64,000 nt of DNA from an uncultured Candidatus Bathyarchaeia archaeon (GCA_964655075.1 CAZZLD010000002.1:166795-230794); one strand, 5' to 3'. Positions 1 through 10,300 are shown, numbered from the stretch's first letter. Translations and numbers: made by a program. Notes: generated from the letters alone by a model not told the origin.

Positions 1-1
1 C

Positions 2-523
2 CCTGTTCTGGTAAGAAGAAAGATTGGCATGGTTTTTCAGAAGCCTAACCCCTTCCCGATGATGTCAATATACGATAATGTTGTTGCAGGTTTGAAGCTG
101 AACGGTGTTAAAAACAAGGAAAAGCTTGACCCAGCTGTGGAGCAAAGCCTGAAAATGGCTAACCTCTGGGACGAAGTCAAAGACGACTTGAACAAGTCGG
201 GAGCCAGCCTTTCAGGAGGCCAACAGCAGCGACTTTGCATAGCTAGGGCTCTGGCAGTGGAGCCTGAGGTCATTCTGATGGATGAACCGTGCTCAGCCCT
301 TGACCCGCTTGCAACCGCGAAGATTGAAAGCTTAATTCGAACTCTCACGGAGAACTATTTGGTTGTGATTGTCACCCACAACATGCAACAGGCTGCCAGG
401 GTCTCAGATTTTACGGCTTTCCTTTATCTTGGAGAACTCATAGAATACGGATTAACAAAAAACATTTTTGAGAATCCAAAAAATGAGCTTACGGAGAAAT
501 ATTTAACGGGAGAATTTGGTTAG
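2..523 (+). CDS. pstB: phosphate ABC transporter ATP-binding protein PstB (5' end cut by window edge)
   Basis: ABC signature [15 protein letters not shown], Walker [12 protein letters not shown] and H-loop VIVTHNM. Immediately followed by phoU. Confidence 0.9.
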   Translation, partial: PVLVRRKIGMVFQKPNPFPMMSIYDNVVAGLKLNGVKNKEKLDPAVEQSLKMANLWDEVKDDLNKSGASLSGGQQQRLCIARALAVEPEVILMDEPCSALDPLATAKIESLIRTLTENYLVVIVTHNMQQAARVSDFTAFLYLGELIEYGLTKNIFENPKNELTEKYLTGEFG

Positions 524-534
524 GTGAAAAACGA

Positions 535-1179
535 ATGAAGCGACTAATCGACGCGGGTTTAGAGCAATTGGCAAACATGCTGTTTCGCATGGGAGAACTT
601 GCCCACAAGACGGTTTCTTTATCTATCACGGGCTACATTGAGGGCCAGAGCGCTTATGGGCAAGTGCGGAGTTTCTCAGCAACGTTGGTTTTAACGGGTG
701 AGGAGGTTGAAGATAAAGCCGTTGAGCTTATCGCCCGATTCCAACCGGTCGCATCTGACCTTAGAATTCTAAAATCGTACATAAAGATAGCCTACGACTT
801 CACCCGATACGGAAGATACGCCCTCGACATCGCCCAAATTCAGGAAAAACTCGGTGGGATAAAAAACTGCGAAGGCTGGATAAAGAAAGCTGTAGAGGAG
901 ATGAGCGAAAAAATGTTAAGCATGGTCCGCGTGAGCGTTGAATCGCTAAAAAGTCACGACGCTGAACTGGCAAAAACCTTGTCTGAAACAGAAGAACAAG
1001 TTGATAAAATGTATTTCAGTTATCTTGACAGATTAGTTGAAGAGGAACTTGCTGCAACCAGGTGCACAATTTCGAGTGCGCTAGTAGTGAGATATCTCGA
1101 GAGAATGGCGGACCACGCAACTTACATAGGTGAATCGATCATTTACCTTGCAACGGGAGAGAAAGTAACATTAGGATAA
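535..1179 (+). CDS. phoU: phosphate uptake regulator PhoU
   Basis: 214 aa, all-helical two-repeat PhoU layout ending in ...VRYLERMADHATYIGESI. Sits 11 nt after pstB. Confidence 0.85.
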   Translation: MKRLIDAGLEQLANMLFRMGELAHKTVSLSITGYIEGQSAYGQVRSFSATLVLTGEEVEDKAVELIARFQPVASDLRILKSYIKIAYDFTRYGRYALDIAQIQEKLGGIKNCEGWIKKAVEEMSEKMLSMVRVSVESLKSHDAELAKTLSETEEQVDKMYFSYLDRLVEEELAATRCTISSALVVRYLERMADHATYIGESIIYLATGEKVTLG

Positions 1180-1212
1180 AATGAAAAATTCTAAGGGAGG
1201 CTGAAAGAGAAA

Positions 1213-1878
1213 ATGGCCAAAAAAAGCTATGCATGGTTTGAAAAGCGCCGCAAAACAGAAGCACTGGACCTCGCACAGGAACAGATAACGAAAGCTCTTG
1301 ACACCATAAAACTGTTACACAAAATCGCCAAGAGTGCCTCTGAAGGAAAGAAAGAAGAAGCAAGAAAACATATTGAAAAGCTTATGAAAGAAGAGGAGGA
1401 AGTAGATAACCTACGGAGATTGGCATTCGAGGAATTGACAAACGTTGCTATATCCATGGAATTTCGCGAAGACCTAATGCACCTCGTAAAACGCCTTGAC
1501 GTCATGGCTGACTACATAAAAGACTCAGCAAGAAGCGTCATGATCCTGCTCGAAACAAATGTTCCAAACGAAATATGGAACATGACCGTCAAAATCGCTG
1601 AAGAGCTTGTCCAAAGCGCCACAACGATTCGCAACAGCATTGAGAAACTTGGAACCGATCCTGCCACAGCAAAAGACATTGCTAAAAGAGCAAACGAGAT
1701 AGAAGGGCGAATAGATAAAGAATATCTTGACATCAAGAAACTGTTCATTAAATATACTCGCCAAGTTGATCCTGCCACGCTTCTGATCCTCAACAACCTC
1801 GCAGAGTTCATGGAACAAGCCGCAGATGTATGCGCTGACACGGCAGACTACATAATAGTGCTAGCAGGCTTAGGATAG
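1213..1878 (+). CDS. DUF47 / PhoU-related putative phosphate transport regulator
   Basis: 221-aa helical protein with a DUF47-like pattern (LVKRLDVMADYIKDSA ... LAEFMEQAADVCADTADYI). Same strand as pstB-phoU, with the SD-like motif aagggagg upstream. Confidence 0.7.
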   Translation: MAKKSYAWFEKRRKTEALDLAQEQITKALDTIKLLHKIAKSASEGKKEEARKHIEKLMKEEEEVDNLRRLAFEELTNVAISMEFREDLMHLVKRLDVMADYIKDSARSVMILLETNVPNEIWNMTVKIAEELVQSATTIRNSIEKLGTDPATAKDIAKRANEIEGRIDKEYLDIKKLFIKYTRQVDPATLLILNNLAEFMEQAADVCADTADYIIVLAGLG

Positions 1879-2009
1879 CGCCAACAAGTCATACCAGCTG
1901 AGGCTTACTCGACTGAGCGATCCCAAGTTTCAAACAATCAACAGCTCGGGAAAAAGTGGAATACCTTATAATACGCTTTGGGCAAAGGCTCAGGTGGAGT
2001 TGAAGAGTT

Positions 2010-2315
2010 TTGGCAGAGAAAGAGATGTCTCCGAAGGAAAAGGAGATTTACGAGAGGCTTAAAGAGGTTCAGGACCCTGAGTTCGGCTTCTCCATAGTGG
2101 AACGCGGCTTAGTGGACGAGGTTAAAGTTGAAGGAAAAAAGGCGAAAATTCTGTTCCATCTCACTGTGCCCTTCTGTCCCCCGCCTTTTGCACTACACAT
2201 CGGAAGGGAAATCAAGAGAATAGCCGGAGAGGTTTCCGACATAGAGCAAGTGGAGGTTCGGGTGCAGAACCACGTCAACGCGGACCAGATTAACAAGGAG
2301 TTAAAGGAAAGCTAG
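2010..2315 (+). CDS. DUF59 (MIP18/SufT-like) Fe-S cluster assembly-related protein
   Basis: Characteristic VQDPEFGFSIVERGLV motif (DPE...I..LGL) and the conserved Cys in VPFCPPP. TTG start per track; an in-frame ATG lies at 2025. Confidence 0.75.
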   Translation: MAEKEMSPKEKEIYERLKEVQDPEFGFSIVERGLVDEVKVEGKKAKILFHLTVPFCPPPFALHIGREIKRIAGEVSDIEQVEVRVQNHVNADQINKELKES

Positions 2316-2318
2316 CTG

Positions 2319-3938
2319 CTATTCTGTCTTTCCCAGCTCTTCTTCCCTAAGTTTCTTTCGGAGAACCTTCCCAACGGAGGTCATCGGCAGACTTTCCCTA
2401 AACTCAACTTCCCTGACTATTTTGTAAGGCGCAACCCTTTCTCCAATAAAAGTCATAATTTCCTCTTTGGTGGCGTTCACGCTGTCTTTAAGGACGATGA
2501 AGGCTTTCGGAACTTCACCGGCAATCGAGTCAGGTTTGCCTATTACCGCACAGATTTTAACCGCCGGATGCTCATACAACACATCTTCCACCTCCCGAGG
2601 GTAGACGCTGTAGCCCTTGTACTTGATCAGGTCCTTCTTGCGGTCGACGATGTAAACGTAGCCGTCTTCGTCCATTTTCGCTATGTCGCCTGTGTGAAGC
2701 CACCCTCCCTTAAGCGTGTTTTCGGTTTCCTCAGGCAGCCCCCAATAGCCTTTCATAACCTGCGGACCCCTCACAACGAGTTCCCCTAGTTCTCCAAGCG
2801 GAAGCGCCTTAACGCCCGTTTCAGAGTCCACTATTTTCGCTTCGGTGTCCGGCAGAGCAAGACCAATCGAACCTATCTTCACCGTCCGCATCGTCGGATC
2901 AGGAGGATTAACGTGCGTAACAGGAGACGCCTCGCTGAGACCGTAGCCTTCGATTAGTACTCCGCCCGTGAGGTCCATGAACCTTCTTTGAACGTCCGGC
3001 GGAAGCGTAGACCCTCCAGACACACAGAAACGTATAGACGAAAGATCATATTGAGCGACTTCAGGGTGGTTTATCACCATGATGTACATCGTGGGAACGC
3101 CGCAAAACACAGTGATCTGGTGTTTTTCGATGGTTTCTAAGATTTCCTTCGGGTCGAAGCGTGGAACTAAAACGATTGTTCCAGCCGCGTAAACCGCAGC
3201 GTTCATGGATGTTGTCATTCCGTAGATGTGGAATAGCGGAAGCGCCGTTAGAAACCTTTCTTTTCCCTCTCTTAGTTGAAGCCAGGTGGCGAAGGCAACC
3301 GCGTTAGACAACAGGTTGAAATGCGTTAACATGGCTCCTTTCGGCAAGCCGGTTGTTCCGCCCGTGTACTGCAGCGCAGCGATGTCCTCCTTCGGGTTTA
3401 TCTCCAGTCTCGGCGGTTTACGGGCGTTCTTCTTTATCAGGTCTTGAAAAGAATGAACTTCTGGTTCCTTTAATTGATTTTCCTCAGTGCCTGTTAGGAT
3501 CACTCTTTTGAGGCTGGTTTTGTTTTTGACGCTTTTGACGGTTGGGTAAAGCGAGTCGAGGGCAACTATGGTTTCTGCTTCGGAATTGTTAAGTTGATAC
3601 TTCAACTCTCGCTCCTTAAACAGCGGACTTGTGGCAGTTATAACCGCCCCGGCTTTAAGGACGCCAAAATAGCTTACAACAAACTGGGGGATGTTGGGGA
3701 GGAACAAAGCAACTCTGTCCCCTTTTTTCACGCCCATTTTCGTAAGAGCAGCGGCGAACCTGTCAGATGCCGCATTTAACTCTTCGTATGTTATCTTTTT
3801 ATCTCGGAATACGATAGCCACGTTGTTCGGCTGCTTCTCCGCGGTTTTTCTTAGTAAACCGGAAAGCGGCAAGTTAGGATAGCTGATGGAGGGGGGCACT
3901 CCTTCAGGCCAGAACCTAAACCGTTTTTCTTTATTCAC
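2319..3938 (-). CDS. AMP-forming (long/medium-chain) acyl-CoA synthetase
   Basis: AMP-binding motifs YTGGTTGLPKGAMLTH, GYGLSE and HTGDIAKMDEDGYVYIVDRKKD, plus C-terminal ...SVGKVLRKKL (A10 lysine). Confidence 0.9.
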   Translation of the reverse strand: MNKEKRFRFWPEGVPPSISYPNLPLSGLLRKTAEKQPNNVAIVFRDKKITYEELNAASDRFAAALTKMGVKKGDRVALFLPNIPQFVVSYFGVLKAGAVITATSPLFKERELKYQLNNSEAETIVALDSLYPTVKSVKNKTSLKRVILTGTEENQLKEPEVHSFQDLIKKNARKPPRLEINPKEDIAALQYTGGTTGLPKGAMLTHFNLLSNAVAFATWLQLREGKERFLTALPLFHIYGMTTSMNAAVYAAGTIVLVPRFDPKEILETIEKHQITVFCGVPTMYIMVINHPEVAQYDLSSIRFCVSGGSTLPPDVQRRFMDLTGGVLIEGYGLSEASPVTHVNPPDPTMRTVKIGSIGLALPDTEAKIVDSETGVKALPLGELGELVVRGPQVMKGYWGLPEETENTLKGGWLHTGDIAKMDEDGYVYIVDRKKDLIKYKGYSVYPREVEDVLYEHPAVKICAVIGKPDSIAGEVPKAFIVLKDSVNATKEEIMTFIGERVAPYKIVREVEFRESLPMTSVGKVLRKKLREEELGKTE

Positions 3939-3971
3939 AATTGAAACTTTTCCTTTTGAGTGGAGGCGCGG

Positions 3972-4772
3972 TTATTTCATGTACTTCTTTAGGGCTGCTT
4001 TAACATCCAGTCCTTCGTGGACGATGCCGCATAAAACTCTAACCATGGCTGTCGGATTCTCATGCTGGAAAACGTTTCTTCCCGCTGCAACGCCTGCTCC
4101 TCCAGCTTGGATTGAACCGTAAACCATTTCGCAAAACTCCTCGTCCGTTTCTGTTTTCGGTCCTCCAGCCATAGCGACCGGAACGGGGCATCCTCTAACC
4201 ACTTCATTGAATGTTTCAGGGCTTCCAGTATAATTGGTTTTTATGACGTCAGCCCCCAATTCCGCTCCCACGCGGGCAGCATGCTTAACGAAGTCCACGT
4301 TGTATTGATCCGAGATTTTTTTGCCTCTAGGATACATCATCGCAAGCAATGGCATACCCCACTCCTCGCATGTTTTCGCTGTGTTTCCAAGCATCCTCAG
4401 TTGCTCAGGTTCCGTTTTTGATCCAATGTTGATGTGGATGGAAACAGCGTCAGCCCCAAGCTTTATGGCTTCTCCAACCTCTGCGACTAACACTTTGTCG
4501 TTGGGATCTGGACCCAAGTCTGTGCTGCCGGACAAGTGCATGATTAATCCTATGTCCCTCCCGTAGCCCCTGTAACCAGCCTTTATGATGCCCTTGTGTT
4601 CTAGGACGGCGTTTGCGCCCCCTTCAGCCACCAAGTTGACGGTTTTCGACACGTCATACAGTCCTCTAATTGGACCCATAGTTATGCCGTGGTCCATAGG
4701 TATTATAACGGTTCTCTTGGTGTTCCGATTCATTATCCTATCCATTCTGATTCTTTTTCCGATATCGGTCAT
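3972..4772 (-). CDS. aroA': DhnA-type class I aldolase, most like 2-amino-3,7-dideoxy-D-threo-hept-6-ulosonate (ADH) synthase; class IA FBP aldolase is the alternative
   Basis: N-terminal [30 protein letters not shown]...[14 protein letters not shown] closely resembles the M. jannaschii MJ0400 family as I remember it. The family assignment is solid; the exact substrate is inferred. Confidence 0.6.
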   Translation of the reverse strand: MTDIGKRIRMDRIMNRNTKRTVIIPMDHGITMGPIRGLYDVSKTVNLVAEGGANAVLEHKGIIKAGYRGYGRDIGLIMHLSGSTDLGPDPNDKVLVAEVGEAIKLGADAVSIHINIGSKTEPEQLRMLGNTAKTCEEWGMPLLAMMYPRGKKISDQYNVDFVKHAARVGAELGADVIKTNYTGSPETFNEVVRGCPVPVAMAGGPKTETDEEFCEMVYGSIQAGGAGVAAGRNVFQHENPTAMVRVLCGIVHEGLDVKAALKKYMK

Positions 4773-5022
4773 GATTCAACCCTCGACTAAGCAGCCTGAA
4801 AATAACAATGAAGAGGATTATAAGATATTCTACTTTTGCCGTGGTGTTGCAGAACACTTTTCCTCTAGTTTCTTGAAAGCCATGTTTTTCCTCTTAAGGT
4901 TTGTCTTGAAAAATCTTTAAAAAACAGGTATCTTCGACTGTTCCGAGATAATAGCACTGACTGTTATTTGCGTGAAAGCTCTTAGAGGAAAGGACTGGAA
5001 CTTTTTGCCGTGACTAGAAATG

Positions 5023-5859
5023 CTACGTTCGAAAACGACCATCCGCTAGTTTATGTTGATGGTATGTGTAGCCTAGCGCACTTTTCTTAAGGATGTATGA
5101 TAAAACGTTTTCCGTTTCAAGAACGATGAACAAGGCGCTTTCTAAATCCGACACTGTATGCGTCCTCTTACTCTGCATTGACTGCAGCGAATCAATAAGG
5201 GCCGCCAAAGATTCAACGAAATCCGCCTCATCGAGGTCTAAGATTTTGGTTAACCTTTGAACCCTTGTGAACCCTTTTTCTGGAACCAGGTGATGCAAGA
5301 CTTGGTTCAATAGTTCCTTAATGTAATTCACACTCTGGCGGGGGCCGTCTGATTCGTCGAACAGAAGAGCGTTCCACGCGTCTTGATACAGCTTTGTGAA
5401 TTGCGGATCTAAGCGGGCGAGCATTTTCTCCAGTTCTGTCCTTTCGATTTGTTTTGTTTTTTCATGCCCTGTGGTGGACACAACCTTTCCGTTGTCGATG
5501 TCGTAGATGAACCCCAGAGTTTCGAGTTCTCTTCTGAAACGGTGGAAATCGTTGCCCACAGCGATGAGGTCGAACGTGTCCTCCTCTATGATTTCGTTAA
5601 GAGTGTATTCAATGAACTTTCTGAAGCGTTCTACATCAGAATTGTACAGGTGATTCAAGAAATCGGTCAAGTCCTCAACTGACTTGGCTGAGCGTATTTC
5701 TTCTAGGCCGAGATACTTACAAGCCAAATTAATGTTTTCTTCATTAAAGTAATAGTCGTTGAGAAAATCGGATTTGTAAATAGAGGTGGCTAACCTAACT
5801 ATTCTCAAGTCACGTTTTTTCTCTTTAGACGAAGTTGCTTTTCGTTTAGGAGGTCCCAT
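5023..5859 (-). CDS. hypothetical protein (orphan, AT-rich, basic N-terminus, helical C-terminal half)
   Basis: 278-aa ORF with clean coding character and no recognisable catalytic motif. Flanked by non-coding AT-rich spacers of about 250 nt and 140 nt. Confidence 0.6.
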   Translation of the reverse strand: MGPPKRKATSSKEKKRDLRIVRLATSIYKSDFLNDYYFNEENINLACKYLGLEEIRSAKSVEDLTDFLNHLYNSDVERFRKFIEYTLNEIIEEDTFDLIAVGNDFHRFRRELETLGFIYDIDNGKVVSTTGHEKTKQIERTELEKMLARLDPQFTKLYQDAWNALLFDESDGPRQSVNYIKELLNQVLHHLVPEKGFTRVQRLTKILDLDEADFVESLAALIDSLQSMQSKRTHTVSDLESALFIVLETENVLSYILKKSALGYTYHQHKLADGRFRT

Positions 5860-6002
5860 TTTTCTTAATACACCCTAAAACACCAGTTATAAAACTCTCC
5901 CAATTTAACAATTGCTAAAAGACATTTTATCTTAATAGTTCAAACTTAAACGAGTCTGCCCTTAGCGGAGTGTTGTTTCTTCTCGGTTTACACGCTAGCT
6001 TC

Positions 6003-8723
6003 CTATTTTTCTTCTTTTAGGTTGAGGGTGGCTTTCACGGAGCCGTCGTCTAAATAGTCTAGAGTGAAGCCCATCTTCTTCACAAGCTTAATCGCCCGAT
6101 AGTTATCACTTAACATCATGGCGTAAATGGTTCCGAGTTTTTTGTCTTTACAAATTTCAATCATGTAATCCACCATTTTTGAGCCTAAGCCTAGTCCTTG
6201 CCAAGGGTCTGCGACGATGAAGGCTATCTCACCGGTTTTTCCGTCTGGTTCAATAATGAGCCTAACGACGCCTAAGATTCTTCGGCGTCCCTCATCGGTT
6301 AATTCTGCCACGATGCCTATTTCTCTGTCATAGTCGATGTTGCAGTATCGAACTCTGACCTCGTGCGGTGTGTCTTTAATGATTGAGAAGAACCTGTAAC
6401 GTATAGATTCTTCTGAAAAGTTTTGGAACATCTCCAACCACAGGGGTTCATCCTCTGGTTTTATGGGTCTCAGGAGGACTGTTCGACCATCGCGGAGCTT
6501 CCACAAGGTTTCGTATTTTTTGGGGTATGGGCTTATCACCAAATGTTCGTGGGGTTCGAGTTTCGCGAATACGCGTTCTTTGTCAATTATTATCCGAGCG
6601 TCAAGGGCAAAAGCTTCCTTTTCGTCTATGAATAGTGGGTTGATGTCGACTTCTTTCAGTTGCGGAAAGTCAACAAGCATTTGAGAAAACCGCACTATCG
6701 TCTCTTCCAGAAGTTTAAGGTTTGCCGGCGGCATGTTTCTGTAACCTTTCAGAAGCCGGTAGACCTTCGTTTCTTCCATGATTCTTCTAGCTAAGGTTTG
6801 ATTTAACGGCGGAAGTCCGACGGCGACGTCTTTAAAGAGTTCAACGCCGATGCCTCCCATTCCAAACAAGATCACTGGACCGAAGAGCGAATCAGTTTTA
6901 GCTCCAAGAATAATTTCGTAGCCCCGTTTTTTAATCATGGGTTGAACTGTGACGCCTTGAATCTCCGCATCGGGGTTATGTTCTTTGGCTCGTCTTATGA
7001 TATCATCGAATGCTTCTCTGAGCTTCGTTTCCGAAGGTATGTCAAGTGCAATTCCGCCAGCATCGGTTTTATGGATAATCTGGGGCGACAGAATCTTTAG
7101 AACCACTGGGTAGCCTATCTGCGAAGCTGAAATGGCTGCTTCATCTGCGTTTTTTGCCACTACTGTTTTAACAACGGGGATATTGTAATAATCTAAAAGT
7201 TGTTTTGCTTCCATTTCAGTCAATATTTCGCGGTTTTCCCTCGCAGCGTTTCGCATTATCACTGTGAGAGGGCGTTTCGGTGGAACGCTGTCCACAGGCA
7301 GCTCTTCAGGAGTTTCGTAAAGTAGATCGAGGTTACGTTTATACTGATACATGTACACGTATGTTGCAACTGCCTGTTCCGGTGTAGAGTATGTGGGAAT
7401 GCTGTTTTCGGATAAAATTCGGTTCGCTTCTTCTACCTCGTTATAACCCATGAACGACGTCAAAACCGTTTTGTAACGTCCCTTACTCTTACAAAATTCC
7501 ACAATGCTTCTGGCAATTTCAGCGGGATCTGCTACGCCTTGAGGGGTATAAATTATCAATAAACCGTCAACGTTTTCGTCTTTAAAGCATGCTTCCACCA
7601 CAGCTTTATATCTGTCAGCTTTAGCATCTCCTAAAATATCAATTGGGTTTCCTCCACTCCAGCAATGAGGCAAAATGCTGTTAAGCGTCTTCATTGTTTT
7701 TTGGCTCAGTTTAGCCAGTTTCCCCCCTTTGGCTATGAGTGAATCCGTGGTCATTACTCCTGGACCGCCCGCGTTAGTGACGATGGCGAGGTTTGGGCCT
7801 CTCGGATTAGGTTGCGTACCTAAAACTTCAGCGCAGTTGAAGAGGTCAGCGATTTCATCAACGCGCACTAATCCAGCCCGTTTAAAGGCTGCGTCATATA
7901 CAATATCTTCACCAGTAAGCGATCCTGTGTGCGAAGCAGCGGCCTTCGCGCTTTCACCGAACCTTCCAGCCTTTACCACAATTATTGGTTTGGTTCTTGC
8001 AAAGTGTCTCGCAGCGCTCATGAATTCTCTAGCATTGGTTATTCCTTCAACATACATCAGTATGCTTCTTGTCTTTGGGTCGGTGCCAAAATAATCTATA
8101 AGATCGCCGAAATCAACATCGATCATGGAGCCAACGGAAACGAAGTTGCTGAAGCCGACGTTTTCGTGGACAGCCCAGTCGAGAATTGCCGAGCCTAATG
8201 CGCCGCTTTGAGAGATAAATGCGATGTTGCCGGGCTTCGGCATCTTATTTACGAAAGTTGCATTGAGGTTAATGCTTGGGCGGATAATGCCTAAACAGTT
8301 GGGTCCGATGATTCTGAGGTTGTAAGCTTTCTTTATCTCGATAATTCTTCCCTCAAGCGCTTTGCCTTCAGGCCCAACTTCTTTAAAGCCCGCTGAAATA
8401 ATGATGATTCCGAGTATTCCGGCTTTTCCGCATTGTTCCACCACGTCAGGAACAGTTTTGGCTGGAGTGGCGATCACGGCGAGGTCAGCAGTTTCTGGAA
8501 GTTTGTCTACGGTTTTGTAGGCTTTAAAACCGAGAATCTGAGGCTTGCGGATGTTGACCGGATAAACTTTGCCTCTATATCCTAACTCAGTGAGGTTTTT
8601 CATCAGCGTATATCCGACAGATCCTTCTTCATCGCTGGCTCCAATTAGGGCGATGCTCTTAGGATTGAAAATCTTGCTGAGATTCAGCGTGACCAAGATG
8701 TTTTCCTCCTTATTAGGAAGCAA
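6003..8723 (-). CDS. Pat-like fusion: NDP-forming acyl-CoA synthetase (alpha+beta, ATP-grasp) fused to a C-terminal GNAT acetyltransferase
   Basis: 906 aa. CoA-binding N-terminus (IALIGASDEEGSVG), retained phosphohistidine-loop-like AASHTGSLTGED, and ATP-grasp middle region. The GNAT tail has GLGLGSKMVDYMIEICKDKKLGTIYAMMLSDNYRAIKLVKKMGF. Confidence 0.85.
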   Translation of the reverse strand: MLPNKEENILVTLNLSKIFNPKSIALIGASDEEGSVGYTLMKNLTELGYRGKVYPVNIRKPQILGFKAYKTVDKLPETADLAVIATPAKTVPDVVEQCGKAGILGIIIISAGFKEVGPEGKALEGRIIEIKKAYNLRIIGPNCLGIIRPSINLNATFVNKMPKPGNIAFISQSGALGSAILDWAVHENVGFSNFVSVGSMIDVDFGDLIDYFGTDPKTRSILMYVEGITNAREFMSAARHFARTKPIIVVKAGRFGESAKAAASHTGSLTGEDIVYDAAFKRAGLVRVDEIADLFNCAEVLGTQPNPRGPNLAIVTNAGGPGVMTTDSLIAKGGKLAKLSQKTMKTLNSILPHCWSGGNPIDILGDAKADRYKAVVEACFKDENVDGLLIIYTPQGVADPAEIARSIVEFCKSKGRYKTVLTSFMGYNEVEEANRILSENSIPTYSTPEQAVATYVYMYQYKRNLDLLYETPEELPVDSVPPKRPLTVIMRNAARENREILTEMEAKQLLDYYNIPVVKTVVAKNADEAAISASQIGYPVVLKILSPQIIHKTDAGGIALDIPSETKLREAFDDIIRRAKEHNPDAEIQGVTVQPMIKKRGYEIILGAKTDSLFGPVILFGMGGIGVELFKDVAVGLPPLNQTLARRIMEETKVYRLLKGYRNMPPANLKLLEETIVRFSQMLVDFPQLKEVDINPLFIDEKEAFALDARIIIDKERVFAKLEPHEHLVISPYPKKYETLWKLRDGRTVLLRPIKPEDEPLWLEMFQNFSEESIRYRFFSIIKDTPHEVRVRYCNIDYDREIGIVAELTDEGRRRILGVVRLIIEPDGKTGEIAFIVADPWQGLGLGSKMVDYMIEICKDKKLGTIYAMMLSDNYRAIKLVKKMGFTLDYLDDGSVKATLNLKEEK

Positions 8724-8892
8724 ATGTTGGTTTATAGCGGAATTTAAAGTTAGTATTAATTCCTATGTTCATTAATTTATGTCTCAAAAACTGATAGGCG
8801 CGTATTTCACGCGTGTGCTTAATGGGTGTACACAAGTTATTTAAGGAGAATACGTGATTATCGGTTTCCTAAACATTAGGAGATAAGAAAAA

Positions 8893-10272
8893 ATGTTGAA
8901 AAAAGCATCGTCCAAAAAAACGGTTGCACTAACGGGCTTAGGCTTTATCTTTCTCGCGATGATGACCACAGCAGCATTAACGACCACAGTAAACGCAGCG
9001 GTTGTTGCCCCAGTTGAGAAGTATGGCTTCGGCGTAGCAATATTCAAGGATGAGGACCCTTGGGGTTATCCGTCTAATGAAATGGTTCTGAAGATGTATG
9101 GCATACCTTACGATGTTTACAACTCGAGCTACATGGGAAACGTGAGCCTTTCAAAATATGCTAAAGTGATAATCGCTTCGGTCCAGACCCAAGACTTTTA
9201 TGACGCGGTGAACGCTTCGAGAGCGTGGTTCGAAGACTACGTGGAAAACGGTGGAGTACTTGAAATTCACGCTGCACACTATACGGGAACAGGGTGGATA
9301 GGTCTACTTCCCGGAGGAATAAACTATACACAATCAACTAGCGATGACGTTGTTATCGCAACGAGAACTCATCCGGTTGTGCGAACGCCGAACAACATTA
9401 CCGACAGCGAACTCGACAATTGGGGTTGGTCTGTTCATGGATATTTCACTTCTTATCCATCGGGCTCTATAACTGTTTTGAGGCTGGGGGTTTCACCATA
9501 TTCTCCAGTGTACCTAGAAGTTCCCTACGGGTCTGGTGTGATAATCGCTTCCTCTCAGACACTCGAATACGCTTATAGATATGAATACAGTTTCATTCTC
9601 GAGAACAGCCTCTTGTACTTGGCTCCCTACGAAAAGCTGGACATCACAGCCAAAGTAGGCACAGTTCATTTCCGAGGCGAAATAGCCGAATTCTACGTTG
9701 AAACCTCGCTATACGGAAACGCCATAAACGCTTCCATATGGGAAGCAGACCTCTACTACGACGGAGGCACAGAGCAAGTAAACTTGACGGCTAATGTTGA
9801 AATCGTCACAGTGGGATTATACAGAATAAGCTATAATATTCCGTCAGACGCGGCGACTGGAACCTACGTCTTGTCAGTTAAGGCAAGCTTCCGAACGGGA
9901 ATGGTAACGGCAACTGGATGCGCAACTGCATCGTTCATAATAAGCCCGACGCTGACCAGCCAAGACGGCTACATAACCGATATAAAAGACGGCATCGCGA
10001 CCATAGTGATTCCGAACTTGGACCCCATTGAAGCAAACCTCACTCAGATAAACGCGAAGGTAACGAGCATAGAAGGCGATACTGCAACCATAGAAACGGA
10101 CATAGGCACGGTGAAAACAAGCGTGGAAAACGTGGGAGACCTGATCAGCGGAATAGACGAAACCACCAAACCCACCTACTGGTTCAGCCTCGCAGCAACG
10201 ATCCTAGCCGCATTAGCAGCGGTAATCGCAGTAGTAATCATAATACTAGTCAAGAGGAAACCAACGCCGTAA
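8893..10272 (+). CDS. secreted, C-terminally anchored surface protein (alpha/beta N-module, FRGE-AEFY Ig-like module, two 28-aa stalk repeats, TM anchor)
   Basis: N-terminal signal/TM LTGLGFIFLAMMTTAALTTTVNA and C-terminal TM WFSLAATILAALAAVIAVVIIILVKRK. Many N-x-S/T sequons. Modules are shared with the 24047..27814 protein. Confidence 0.85.
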   Translation: MLKKASSKKTVALTGLGFIFLAMMTTAALTTTVNAAVVAPVEKYGFGVAIFKDEDPWGYPSNEMVLKMYGIPYDVYNSSYMGNVSLSKYAKVIIASVQTQDFYDAVNASRAWFEDYVENGGVLEIHAAHYTGTGWIGLLPGGINYTQSTSDDVVIATRTHPVVRTPNNITDSELDNWGWSVHGYFTSYPSGSITVLRLGVSPYSPVYLEVPYGSGVIIASSQTLEYAYRYEYSFILENSLLYLAPYEKLDITAKVGTVHFRGEIAEFYVETSLYGNAINASIWEADLYYDGGTEQVNLTANVEIVTVGLYRISYNIPSDAATGTYVLSVKASFRTGMVTATGCATASFIISPTLTSQDGYITDIKDGIATIVIPNLDPIEANLTQINAKVTSIEGDTATIETDIGTVKTSVENVGDLISGIDETTKPTYWFSLAATILAALAAVIAVVIIILVKRKPTP

Positions 10273-10300
10273 ACGCAGCGCTAAACCTGCCCTCTTCTTC

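Noticed and set aside
5023-5859. HEPN/Abi_C assignment for the 278-aa orphan
   Set aside because: It has only a vague helical resemblance. No Rx4-6H motif is present (the closest is KRTHTV). It is kept as hypothetical.
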